A stretch of DNA of 48,369 nucleotides from Terrimicrobiaceae bacterium (GTDB lineage: Bacteria > Verrucomicrobiota > Verrucomicrobiia > Chthoniobacterales > Terrimicrobiaceae). Within the stretch, counting starts at the first letter, position 1. Each line of letters starts with the position of its first letter. The notes beneath the pieces are model-generated. The model searched no databases. It was given only the letters and a program-made list of their open reading frames with translations, and was not told where the DNA came from. Positions 7,223 to 16,147 of the stretch are shown here, in pieces. The translations under genes and the position numbers were made by a program. The stretch is taken from NCBI GenBank assembly GCA_049317565.1, contig JBMOIA010000001.1:1-48369 (forward strand), in the 5' to 3' direction.

Positions 7223-9481
7223 GTGAAAACCAAACCCTCTTTTATAATGCTCCCGGCGATGGCGGCGGCTTTTGCGGCCGTGCTGGCCGGACCGCTCCGC
7301 GCGGCGGAGAAATCGTTCGAAACCCCGTTTGTCCCGCCCGGCGGCGGGCGACTCGGCGGCGCACTTGCGAAAAAGGAATTCGCATTCCGGCTGCCGGAGC
7401 ATGTGCGTTACAGCGGGGGCAGCCGGCTCGCGCTTTCTTGGCGCTCCTCGCCGCTCCTGCTGGACTCTTCGACCCTCACGGCGTCGCTCAACGGGCGGCA
7501 GCTCGGCAGCGCGCGGCTCGGCCACGCTCCGGAGGCCGGTGAGTCGCAGGGCGGTGGATCCCTCGCCGTGGAAATTCCGGACGGCGTGCTGCAACCGGGA
7601 TGGAACCGTATCGCGGTGGAGTGCCTGCTGCAAACGACCCAGGTGCCATGCCGCGATGTGGACAACCCCGCGGCATGGGTGGACCTCGACGAGGCGAGCG
7701 GGGTTGCTGTGGAGTATGAAACGCAGCCGATCTTTCCCGAGCTGCAGCGCTTCCCGCACTCGGTGGCGGAAACGGTGCTGATGGAATTGCCGGAGTTCCG
7801 GGCGTCCGGAGAAGGCGTCCCCGAGCCTGTTGTCTCGATCCTGCTGCCATGGGATGCGGGCGACTCGGAACTCCGGTGTCTGGTGATTGCCGCCGCGCGG
7901 GTGGGACAGACCGGCTACACGCCGCGCGACGCGGTGGGCGTGGGTGACATTTCGGAATTCGCGGCGGTCTCCGCTCAGCGCAACGGCATCCTCATCGGTC
8001 TGCGCGAGGAGTTGTTGGAACTTCCGCTTCCGCCTTCGGCGGCCGGTTCGCTGGAGCGGTTGGGCGATGGCGAGGGACTCGTAGCGGAGGCGATCATGGG
8101 CAAGGACGGGGGGCGTCAGACGCGGTGGGTCGTGGTTTCCGGCGCCGACCCGGCAGGGCTCGAGCGTGCCGCGCTCGCTCTGGGGAATTCCGTGGCGCTG
8201 CGCAACGCGCCATCGAATTCATGGATTGTTTCCGCGGACCCGCAGATTTCGCCGATCGCCGAAAAGCTCGCGCACCCGCCGGTCGGTCCGGTGCGGCTCG
8301 ATACGCTGGACGGGGGCGGTATCGCGATGAAAGGTGTTTTCCGCAACGCCGCGTCGCGCACGGTGCATTTTCCGCCCGGATACGAAACGGTGGGCGGGGG
8401 ATTTTTCGAATTGGATTTCAGCCACGCGGAGAACCTCGCGGGAACCTCGGCGCTCGAGGTGAGGTTGAACGACACGGTGCTCGGGGGCATATCGCTGGAT
8501 GCGGGTAACACGGGCGCGGCCAAGCGGCGCATCGCCATTCCGGCGGGAATTTCCGGGCGCGACCCGTCGTTGCTCGCTGTCTCGAGCTACCTCGACATCG
8601 GCAGCGTGGACTGCACGCACCGGAACAGCGAGCGGGCGTGGCTGGACATCGCGGGCGGATCGTTGCTCGACATCAAATCCTCTCCGCTCCGCATCGATGA
8701 TCTGCGCAAACTCGACAGAATCTGCCTGCGCGACGCGTTCCTGCGGCGCGCGGCCATCGTCGCCCCGGCGGAACCGGGCGGCGATCGCGACGGGATGCTC
8801 AAGTCGCTTGCCATGGACCTCGGCTCGCGCCTCACGCAAATGCCGGTGCTGTGGCCGCAGGTGGCCACCTACAGCGGCATCACTCCGCCGGACGCTGCGC
8901 GGCTTCGCGGGAGGTCGGGAATCGTGCTCGGCTCGGCGGACCAATGGGCGGAGGCGCTCGGCCCGAAAACGCGACTCGTGGTGGAGGAGTCCGCTTCGGA
9001 TTCCGAAAGACTGGTCATGCGCGGCGAGGATGTGCCGAAGGATTCGTTCGATCCCGGGCTGGTCTTCGCGCAACTGCTGCCGTCGCCCTGGTCGGGCGGC
9101 GAGGTGTTCGCTGCAGTGGGAGGGATTTCGGGATATGGCGGTGACAATGCTGTGGCGATGCTCACCGATCCTGGAATTTCCGATCGGCTCGGTGGAACCG
9201 TAGCCGCCTACGACGGCCGGTCGGTGGTCACCTACGATGTGCGCACGATCCAGGAGGCTTCGCTCGCGGAGGAATTCCGCGGGGCGTTTGCGTTCGGAGG
9301 CGGCACCGATCCCGAGCAGCAGGTCATTCAAAAGGCGGAGGCCGGGCTTGCGGCCGCGAACCACAGCGTCTGGGTGCTCTCGGTGGCGATAGCCGTGCTC
9401 GGCGCGCTGTTCGTTTCGCAGCGGTTACTAGTCCGCCGCCGCAAAAAGAACGGCAAACCCAGCGAGGGGAGCGAACTGTGA
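7223..9481 (+). CDS. BcsB-like periplasmic subunit of a polysaccharide synthase (signal peptide, C-terminal TM anchor)
   Basis: 752 aa with a GTG start. The signal peptide is MKTKPSFIMLPAMAAAFAAVLAGPLRA/AEK. Two blocks resemble the BcsB carbohydrate-binding repeats (LALSWRSSPLLLDSSTLTASLNGRQLGSARL and ALEVRLNDTVLGGISLD). The C-terminal TM helix plus basic tail is VWVLSVAIAVLGALFVSQRLLVRRRKK. Size and topology match BcsB/YdaN. Confidence 0.65.
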   Translation: MKTKPSFIMLPAMAAAFAAVLAGPLRAAEKSFETPFVPPGGGRLGGALAKKEFAFRLPEHVRYSGGSRLALSWRSSPLLLDSSTLTASLNGRQLGSARLGHAPEAGESQGGGSLAVEIPDGVLQPGWNRIAVECLLQTTQVPCRDVDNPAAWVDLDEASGVAVEYETQPIFPELQRFPHSVAETVLMELPEFRASGEGVPEPVVSILLPWDAGDSELRCLVIAAARVGQTGYTPRDAVGVGDISEFAAVSAQRNGILIGLREELLELPLPPSAAGSLERLGDGEGLVAEAIMGKDGGRQTRWVVVSGADPAGLERAALALGNSVALRNAPSNSWIVSADPQISPIAEKLAHPPVGPVRLDTLDGGGIAMKGVFRNAASRTVHFPPGYETVGGGFFELDFSHAENLAGTSALEVRLNDTVLGGISLDAGNTGAAKRRIAIPAGISGRDPSLLAVSSYLDIGSVDCTHRNSERAWLDIAGGSLLDIKSSPLRIDDLRKLDRICLRDAFLRRAAIVAPAEPGGDRDGMLKSLAMDLGSRLTQMPVLWPQVATYSGITPPDAARLRGRSGIVLGSADQWAEALGPKTRLVVEESASDSERLVMRGEDVPKDSFDPGLVFAQLLPSPWSGGEVFAAVGGISGYGGDNAVAMLTDPGISDRLGGTVAAYDGRSVVTYDVRTIQEASLAEEFRGAFAFGGGTDPEQQVIQKAEAGLAAANHSVWVLSVAIAVLGALFVSQRLLVRRRKKNGKPSEGSEL

Positions 9482-10680
9482 GGCGCGCTGCGTCGATTGC
9501 AGTGTTGGCGGCGCTTCTGGCCGTCGAGGCGGGCGCCAAAACATTGGTGATCTTCGATACCCCGGCGAAACCGTTTTCGATGGTGGACGAGGTCGCTCCG
9601 GTGGCAATTTTGCTCACGCGGTTCGATCCGGCGCCGTTGCGCAAGGCGGCCGCGGAGATCACGACGCAGGATATCACCGATGCCGACCGCGTGGTTTTGG
9701 TCGGCGTCGCCGGCGTGCCGAAACTTTCCAAGGAAGTCCTCGCCGCGCTCGAGGGCAAGCCGTTGCTCGGCATCGGCGCTGCGGCGTCACTCGCGGCCGG
9801 AGCAAGCGGTGAAAGCAAACCGAAGGCGGTCGCCGGCGGGCATGTGGTGCTGGGGGATTCCGAGTGGGAGGCGAGGATAGATCCATTCTACGCATCGGCG
9901 CCCGCTGGCGCGGAGGCGACGGCGAATGTCGTCCGGGACGGGAAGGCGCAACCGCTTGCGTGGAGCAAGGGCGATCGGTTCGGGTTCGGCGCCTTGCCGG
10001 GTGCCCCGCCGTTGTCGGATATTTTCAGCGACCTGCTGGTGGATTTTTACGGCGCGCCGGGGAAACCCGCCGCGATGTATTTCCTTGTCGAGGATTTCAA
10101 CCCGTCGTCCGGGAGTGCGGCGCTGCGGCGGCTTTCCGATTACTTCGCGCACCTCGGCGTGCCGTTCGCCGTGTCCACTCAGGTGCGGAATGTGCCGCAG
10201 GGGACCGCGATCGAGCCGAGGGAGGAATTCCTCGCGGCGCTGCGCCACGCGCAGTCGCGCGGCGGCGTTGTTCTTTTGCGCGGGGCGGATTCGGCTGCGG
10301 ACATCGAGAAGTTCCGCGCCGACGGCATCGCGCCCGCCGGGTTCGACGATGCCCCCGCGGCCGTGGGCCTTCCGCTCCACACCGGCCGGATTTCCTACAA
10401 GCCATCGCCCGATTCGGAGCCGGAGCCGTTCCCCGCATCCACCGCGCTGCTGCTGCCGGACGGGGCGAAGTTGCTCCCCGCGAATGTGCGCGGGGGCGCG
10501 GATGGCGTGGCGCTCGATGTGGTGGCCGAACGCATCCGCGGGATCGCCTCCATGCGCGGCGGCGTGGCCGGCGTGGTGATCCCCGCCTGGCTGCCATTCC
10601 AATCCATGCGCGACATCGCCGATGCCGCGCGCTCCTCGGGCGTCCCCGTGGCGGAACCCCTGATCCTTTCCCAACAATGA
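9478..10680 (+). CDS. secreted DUF2334/YdaL-like (polysaccharide-deacetylase-type) protein
   Basis: 400 aa. The GTG start overlaps the upstream stop (GTGA). The signal peptide is MRRAASIAVLAALLAVEAGA. The core MYFLVEDFNPSSGSAALRRLSDYFAHLGVPFAVS aligns with AFFRIEDVAPVGDVTALKQLGNTLDSLDVPFTIS of the second copy at 20605-22212. The family assignment is from memory of DUF2334. Confidence 0.5.
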   Translation: MRRAASIAVLAALLAVEAGAKTLVIFDTPAKPFSMVDEVAPVAILLTRFDPAPLRKAAAEITTQDITDADRVVLVGVAGVPKLSKEVLAALEGKPLLGIGAAASLAAGASGESKPKAVAGGHVVLGDSEWEARIDPFYASAPAGAEATANVVRDGKAQPLAWSKGDRFGFGALPGAPPLSDIFSDLLVDFYGAPGKPAAMYFLVEDFNPSSGSAALRRLSDYFAHLGVPFAVSTQVRNVPQGTAIEPREEFLAALRHAQSRGGVVLLRGADSAADIEKFRADGIAPAGFDDAPAAVGLPLHTGRISYKPSPDSEPEPFPASTALLLPDGAKLLPANVRGGADGVALDVVAERIRGIASMRGGVAGVVIPAWLPFQSMRDIADAARSSGVPVAEPLILSQQ

Positions 10681-12281
10681 AAACCATTCCCCTGATCCTC
10701 GCCGCTGCCGCGGCGGCCGCACTGCCCGTTCGCGCGCAATCCGCGGACCCCATCCAAAAATCCATGCAATTTTCCAACGAGGGCCGGCACGGCGAGGCGG
10801 TCCGCATCCTGGAGGAGGCCGCAGCCGCGGAACCTGGCAACGAAGCGCTTTCGTTCCGCCTGGCGACCGCGTTGGTTTTCGAAAGGCGACCCGCTGAAGC
10901 CCGCGCGCGGTTCGAGCAGTTGTCGCGCTCGTGGGATTCCCAAATCGCTTCCATGGCTGCGTCCAGCCTCGCCGCGCTCGACAAGGCGGAAGCGGAGGAA
11001 CGCATTGCCCTCGCAGCCCCTCCGTCCGCCGAACAAATCCGCCGCGAACGCGAATACGCCGAAAGGAAGGCGCGCCTCGAACGCCAGCAGGCGGCCTATG
11101 ACCTCGCGGCATCGGGCAGCGATGCGGAGGCGGTGGCGGCTATCGGGGCGCTTGAAGCGCGCGGCGAGGCCTTGCCCGACATGGTCCGCGCGAAGGCGGC
11201 CGCTCTCGATCGCCTCGGCGACACCGCGGGCGCGGTGGAGGTTTTGCAACGCCTTTGCGAAACGGAAAACCCGGCGCGCGAGACGCGGGCGCAGTTGGCG
11301 GCCTTGCTCCGCAGGGAGGGAGACCACGAGGAGGCGTTCGGGATTTGGCAGGACCTCCGGGACAACCACGGCGACACGGACGAGGGGCGGATGGCCGCGC
11401 GGGAGATCGCGGCACTTGCGCCGCCGCTCAACCTGGAGCGCTGGTCCTGGGGGGAACTCGACCTCTACACCGCCTACCTCTCGCGATACGGGATCGGTGT
11501 TGGCGGCGGGCGGTTGAGGCAGGGGACATTCGTCCCCGGTGCGCGGTGGATCGAGCCGTTTGTCCAAGCCGATTTCACGCTCGATTCGAGCAGCGCGGTG
11601 TCCAACCAAGGGATTGCCACGATCTACAACGAGAACCTCGCCGGCTTCCATGCCGGGGCCCGTATCAGGCCTTTCGCGGACCAGAGCTTCACCCTTTATG
11701 TGCTCGGCGGCGTGCAGAACAACCTGCGCGGCGTGGACCGCTATCCCGGAATCTGGTTTGCGGAATTGGTAACCGGGTTGAACGGGTTTTGGGCCTGGGG
11801 ACCCGGAAAGGAATGGGCGTTCGCCGATCTCGAAACCGAATCGCCCGGCGGGATGCCGCCGTTGCCGCCCGACGGGGTGAATTGGATTCCGCACGCTTGG
11901 GGACCGGTAAGCGCCAGGTTCGATTGGTTCACCGAGGCCGGGTTCGACGCGTCCTACTACACGCGGCTTTCCGATTGCATCGGGTATGTGCAGGCGCGGC
12001 AGGGGTTCCGCCTGCTGCAACTCGGCCGCGCCGGGGCGGTGGACGCCTACGCCCTCGCCAATGCCGCGATGGATACCGGCGGGAGCTACTATGACAACTA
12101 TTTCGAGGGCGGTCCCGGCATGCGTTTCGTCGCGGCTCCGGTGGGCGCTGCGATTTTCACGACGAGCCTGGACTATGTCCTTGGCGCCTACCTCGGGCCG
12201 AATGCCGGCGACTCGCGCGGATCCGCCAGGGCGACCTACTCGGACTTCCGCATCACCGCCTCACTGTCACTTCGCTGGTGA
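10677..12281 (+). CDS. outer-membrane TPR + beta-barrel polysaccharide export protein (NfrA/BcsC/PgaA-like)
   Basis: I chose the internal ATG at 10677 (ATGA overlap with the upstream stop). This gives 534 aa with the signal peptide MKTIPLILAAAAAAALPVRA/QS. The N-terminal half is helical and TPR-like. The C-terminal half is rich in aromatic/Gly alternating strands and ends ...DFRITASLSLRW, a typical outer-membrane barrel terminus. The first 271 aa of the 805-aa track ORF are Arg/Gly junk. Confidence 0.65.
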   Translation: MKTIPLILAAAAAAALPVRAQSADPIQKSMQFSNEGRHGEAVRILEEAAAAEPGNEALSFRLATALVFERRPAEARARFEQLSRSWDSQIASMAASSLAALDKAEAEERIALAAPPSAEQIRREREYAERKARLERQQAAYDLAASGSDAEAVAAIGALEARGEALPDMVRAKAAALDRLGDTAGAVEVLQRLCETENPARETRAQLAALLRREGDHEEAFGIWQDLRDNHGDTDEGRMAAREIAALAPPLNLERWSWGELDLYTAYLSRYGIGVGGGRLRQGTFVPGARWIEPFVQADFTLDSSSAVSNQGIATIYNENLAGFHAGARIRPFADQSFTLYVLGGVQNNLRGVDRYPGIWFAELVTGLNGFWAWGPGKEWAFADLETESPGGMPPLPPDGVNWIPHAWGPVSARFDWFTEAGFDASYYTRLSDCIGYVQARQGFRLLQLGRAGAVDAYALANAAMDTGGSYYDNYFEGGPGMRFVAAPVGAAIFTTSLDYVLGAYLGPNAGDSRGSARATYSDFRITASLSLRW

Positions 12282-14944
12282 ACGCCATGGATACGCTGCA
12301 CGCGGTTTTTCTTGTCTTGGCCTACACGGCGGCCATCGGGTTTTTCGTCTTCGGGGTGGACGATGTGTTTTTTGACATGCAGTTCCTCCGCCATCTCTTG
12401 AAAACACGGCACCGCCGTCCGCTCACTCCGGCCGAATTGGCGCAGGAACCGGAGCGGCTGGTGGCCGTGTTCATCCCGGCGTGGAACGAAGGTGGCGTGG
12501 TCAATAAAATGGCCGACTACGCCGCGCGCACGCTCCTCTACGAGCGCTATGATATTTTTATCGGGGTTTATGCGAACGATGCGGAGACCAACCGCTGCGT
12601 GGACAGTCTGGTCACTTCCTCCGGGCGCATCCACAAGGCGGTTGTGCCGCATGACGGTCCGACCTCGAAGGCGGATTGTCTGAACTGGATTTATGCCGCG
12701 ATGAAGGCTGCGGAAATCCCCGGCCGGCGTGAATACGAAATCATCGCGCTGCACGACGCGGAGGACATCCTGCACCCGCTCACACTCAAGGTTTACAACC
12801 GGCATGTGCCGCGGGAATACGACATGGCTCAACTCCCGGTTCTTCCGCTCGAGCTTCCGCCGCTGACGCACTGGGTCGGAAATTCCTACATCGACGAATT
12901 CAGCGAACTCCATGTGAAGGACATGTTCAGCCGCACGGTGGTGGGTGGTGTGGTCCCGTCCGCCGGTGTCGGAACAGCTTTTTCGCGCCGCGCCATCGAA
13001 CACCTCGCCTCCCTCCGCGGAGACGGGCCGTTCGCGGTGGAAAGCCTCGCCGAGGACTACCTCGTCGGCCTCCAACTCCGCCGCGCGGGCTTCCGTGTGG
13101 GTTTCATCGACAGCAGGGTCGAACGCCGGTTGCCATCGGTCGGTGGCGCCGGGCCGCGCACCGTGTCCGAGCGCATCGCGGTCCGCGAGAGGTTTCCGAC
13201 GCGGTTTTTTGCCGCCGTGAGGCAAAAGACGCGCTGGATCATCGGCACCGCATTCCAAGGATGGGAGCACGGCGGTTGGGAGGGCAGCAGCGCGGTGAAA
13301 TACACGCTCGTCCGTGACCGTCGCGCTCCGGTGGTCCACACGGTCAACGCGGCTGGTTATTGCGTGGTGGCCTACATGCTCGCGGAGTTCGGCGTCCGGC
13401 ACACGCCGCTCTCGAACGCGATTTTCATCAAGCCGCTGATCGGTGCGGACACCATGCTTTGGAATATCGTGCTCGCGGATACCGCGCTGCTGCTCTACCG
13501 CGTGGGGCAAAAGGCCGCATGCGTTGCGGAGGTTTACGGAGCGAAGCAGGCCTTTTTTTCCCTGCCACGCTATCCGGTCTCGAGCTTCATCAACATGGCC
13601 GCCACGCTGTGGGCCTCGGTCCTCTACACGCGCCACAGGGTCTTCAAGAGCCCGCTTGTCTGGGCGAAAACGGCGCACACCTTTCCTGGGACGCGGGAAC
13701 TGGGCGAATTCCACCGGTCGATCGAGGACCTGCTCGTCGAACAAGGCTACGCCACGCACGGCGAGATCGGGAAGCTGTTGGAAAAAAACCACGGCAGGTC
13801 CGCGGCGCGCGCCCTGCTGGACTCCCGGCGCATCGGCGAGGACGACTTCGCGGAAATCTGGTCCCGCCAATCCGGCCTGCAGGTGAAGGCGGTTTCCGCG
13901 GGCACCATCGACCGCGAAATGCTGGCATTGTGGACGGAGGGGATGGCGGTCGAGAACGAAGCGCTGCCGCTTGCCGGGCGGAACGGAAACCTGTGCTCCT
14001 TCGCCTTCGCCGAACCGCCCGACGAGGCGCAGTTGGCGCTGATTTCGGAAACCGTGGGCATGCCCGTGGCGGCGTGCTTGGCGAGGCCATCGAATTTGAA
14101 ATACGCTCGCGATGCGGTGTATCCGCTCCGCGCCTTGCAGAAGGTTGTTTGCAATCCGGTCGCGGACCTCGTTGCGGCGCTTTCCGCGGACCAGCGCGAG
14201 CGTCTTGGCCGCTTTTCCTGCCAACACGGAATCCGCGTGGACGAGGCATTGCTCCGCCTGCGCATGGCCTCGGCGGAACGCGTGAGAAACATGATGGCGG
14301 AATCCTTCCGAGCCCGCCCGTCCGAGATGTCGAACACCACCCCGAGCGTCTCGATCGCGGAAGCGCTTGGCGGATTGTTCTGCGAAGTCCACGGACTTGT
14401 GCCCCTGCACGACGGGACGATTGGAATCGCCGACCCGGTGCACCCCGCGGTGGCCGCGCGGGTGCGGCGCATTCTGAATGGTGCGCTGCAATTTTCTGCC
14501 GACACTCCGGCCGGGCATGCGGCGGCCTTCGGCCGCCTGGCCGAATTGCGGATTCCATCCGGCAGTCTGCTCCGCGGACTCGAGGAAGCCGGGATTATCT
14601 CGGCTGACAACGCACGGCGCGTCGCAAACATGTCCGGTTTCGTCCAGGGTCCCGTGGACCGGTTGCTGATCCAGCTGGGACTCAGCACGCGCCAACAGGT
14701 GTCCAAGGTCCTCCGTGCTTCCAGCGGGCTCGAAGTAGCCGGGTTCGACGATTCGCCATCGGCCCCCGACGGCGGCGGCGTGCTCGCGCCGGGATTTGCC
14801 GAGCGGACCGGCATCCGCATTCACGATGTCGGCCCGGCGGGAGTGACGCTGCGGATCAGTTCGTTGCCCGCCGCGGACGACCTCGCCGAGGTTCGCCGCC
14901 GCTGCGCCGGTGTGCCTCTCCATTTCGAATTTTCCGCTTCATGA
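12278..14944 (+). CDS. nfrB: NfrB-like family-2 glycosyltransferase (polysaccharide synthase) with C-terminal MshEN/T2SSE_N-like modules
   Basis: 888 aa. There is block-for-block similarity to E. coli NfrB as I remember it: FGVDDVFFD, LVAVFIPAWNEGGVVNKMADYAARTLLYERYDIFIGVYANDAET, GPTSKADCLN, LHDAEDILHPLTL, SYIDEFSELHVKD, VVPSAGVGTAFSRRAI, FPTRFFAAVRQKTRWIIGTAFQGW and WAKTAHTFP. Start is GTG 12278 (GTGA overlap) or ATG 12287. Confidence 0.85.
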   Translation: MNAMDTLHAVFLVLAYTAAIGFFVFGVDDVFFDMQFLRHLLKTRHRRPLTPAELAQEPERLVAVFIPAWNEGGVVNKMADYAARTLLYERYDIFIGVYANDAETNRCVDSLVTSSGRIHKAVVPHDGPTSKADCLNWIYAAMKAAEIPGRREYEIIALHDAEDILHPLTLKVYNRHVPREYDMAQLPVLPLELPPLTHWVGNSYIDEFSELHVKDMFSRTVVGGVVPSAGVGTAFSRRAIEHLASLRGDGPFAVESLAEDYLVGLQLRRAGFRVGFIDSRVERRLPSVGGAGPRTVSERIAVRERFPTRFFAAVRQKTRWIIGTAFQGWEHGGWEGSSAVKYTLVRDRRAPVVHTVNAAGYCVVAYMLAEFGVRHTPLSNAIFIKPLIGADTMLWNIVLADTALLLYRVGQKAACVAEVYGAKQAFFSLPRYPVSSFINMAATLWASVLYTRHRVFKSPLVWAKTAHTFPGTRELGEFHRSIEDLLVEQGYATHGEIGKLLEKNHGRSAARALLDSRRIGEDDFAEIWSRQSGLQVKAVSAGTIDREMLALWTEGMAVENEALPLAGRNGNLCSFAFAEPPDEAQLALISETVGMPVAACLARPSNLKYARDAVYPLRALQKVVCNPVADLVAALSADQRERLGRFSCQHGIRVDEALLRLRMASAERVRNMMAESFRARPSEMSNTTPSVSIAEALGGLFCEVHGLVPLHDGTIGIADPVHPAVAARVRRILNGALQFSADTPAGHAAAFGRLAELRIPSGSLLRGLEEAGIISADNARRVANMSGFVQGPVDRLLIQLGLSTRQQVSKVLRASSGLEVAGFDDSPSAPDGGGVLAPGFAERTGIRIHDVGPAGVTLRISSLPAADDLAEVRRRCAGVPLHFEFSAS

Positions 14945-16125
14945 ATACAGCCATTACTGAAAAAAAAACCGTAGCCGTCGTTGTTGGAACCCGTCCCGAG
15001 GCCATCAAGCTCGCGCCGGTGATCCGGGAACTCGGGAAATCCCGTCTTTTGAACCCGCTCACCATTTCCACCTCGCAGCACGGCGAAATGGTGGAACAAA
15101 TTTTCAACAACTTCGGGATCTCCGCCGATGTGGATCTGCATGTCATGCAGCCGCGCCAGAAACTCTGGGACCTCACCTCGGTGCTCTCGCGGGAATTGGG
15201 TGAACTGTTTGCCGCGCGCCCGGTCGCGGCGGTTGTCGTCCAGGGGGACACGACCAGTGCGCTCATCGGCGGACTCGCCGCGTTCTACCACAAGATTCCC
15301 GTGGGTCATGTCGAGGCTGGTTTGCGGTCCCACAACCGCTATTCGCCGTTTCCCGAGGAATTGAACCGGACGCTTCTCGGCAAGCTCGCGGACTGGAATT
15401 TTGCGCCAACGGACCATGCGGCCGAGAAGTTGCGCCGCGAAAATGTGGACGGGGATTCGATCTTCGTTTGCGGCAACACGGTGGTGGACGCGCTGCAGTG
15501 GATGGTTTCCAAACTCCGCAACCGGGAACTTCCCGCCGGCCTCGCGGATGGGCGCCGCAGGCTCGTGCTGGTCACCTGCCACCGGCGCGAGAACCTGGGG
15601 CTGCCGATGCGATCGGTCGCGCTGGCCGTGAAGCACCTCGCAGACTCACATCCCGAGGCGCACTTCATTTTTCCGGTTCATCCGAACCCCGGCGTTCGGG
15701 AATTGGTCATGCCGATTCTTTCGCACCAATCAGGCGTCACGCTGTGCGAGCCGCTGAACTACGAGGAGTTTCTTTCGGTCCTGCAAAGCGCCTACATGGT
15801 GCTATCGGATTCCGGCGGCGTGCAGGAGGAGGCGACCGCGCTTGGCAAGCCGGTGCTCGTTCTGCGCCGCGAAACCGAGCGCCCCGAGGGGGTGGAGGCC
15901 GGAACGCTCCGGCTCGTGGGAACCGATGTGCAGGACATCCTGCGTGAAGGGCATGCGCTGCTCGTCGATGGGGAGCGCCACCGCGCCATGGCGAATGGTT
16001 CGAAGGTTTTCGGCGACGGCCATGCGGCGGAGCGCATCCGTAAAATCCTCGAGCAAAAGATTGCAGGTCCGCGCGGCGTTTTGGAATTCCCGGTTCCGTC
16101 CGCCACCACTGCGCTTTTGCAGTAG
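14941..16125 (+). CDS. wecB: UDP-N-acetylglucosamine 2-epimerase (non-hydrolysing)
   Basis: 394 aa. Motifs are VVVGTRPEAIKLAPVI, VVVQGDTTSAL, GHVEAGLRS, PFPEELNR and LSDSGGVQEEATALGKPVLVLR. The ATG overlaps the nfrB-like stop (ATGA). Confidence 0.9.
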   Translation: MNTAITEKKTVAVVVGTRPEAIKLAPVIRELGKSRLLNPLTISTSQHGEMVEQIFNNFGISADVDLHVMQPRQKLWDLTSVLSRELGELFAARPVAAVVVQGDTTSALIGGLAAFYHKIPVGHVEAGLRSHNRYSPFPEELNRTLLGKLADWNFAPTDHAAEKLRRENVDGDSIFVCGNTVVDALQWMVSKLRNRELPAGLADGRRRLVLVTCHRRENLGLPMRSVALAVKHLADSHPEAHFIFPVHPNPGVRELVMPILSHQSGVTLCEPLNYEEFLSVLQSAYMVLSDSGGVQEEATALGKPVLVLRRETERPEGVEAGTLRLVGTDVQDILREGHALLVDGERHRAMANGSKVFGDGHAAERIRKILEQKIAGPRGVLEFPVPSATTALLQ

Positions 16126-16147
16126 CGGCGGAACGGGCGGGTTGGGT

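Noticed and set aside
5759-7759. 666-aa minus-strand ORF antisense to cfa and the BcsB-like gene
   Set aside because: It is an Arg/Pro/His-rich degenerate translation that spans two clearly coding plus-strand genes and their intergenic hairpin.
9787-12020. Minus-strand ORFs 9787..11112 and 10395..12020, and the 271-aa N-terminal extension of the 805-aa plus ORF (9864..10676)
   Set aside because: They have Arg/Gly/Pro-rich composition and overlap well-supported plus-strand genes. The ATG at 10677 gives a proper signal peptide and an ATGA coupling.
12236-14923. 895-aa minus-strand ORF antisense to the NfrB-like gene
   Set aside because: No motifs and a degenerate composition, while the plus frame has near-diagnostic NfrB blocks.
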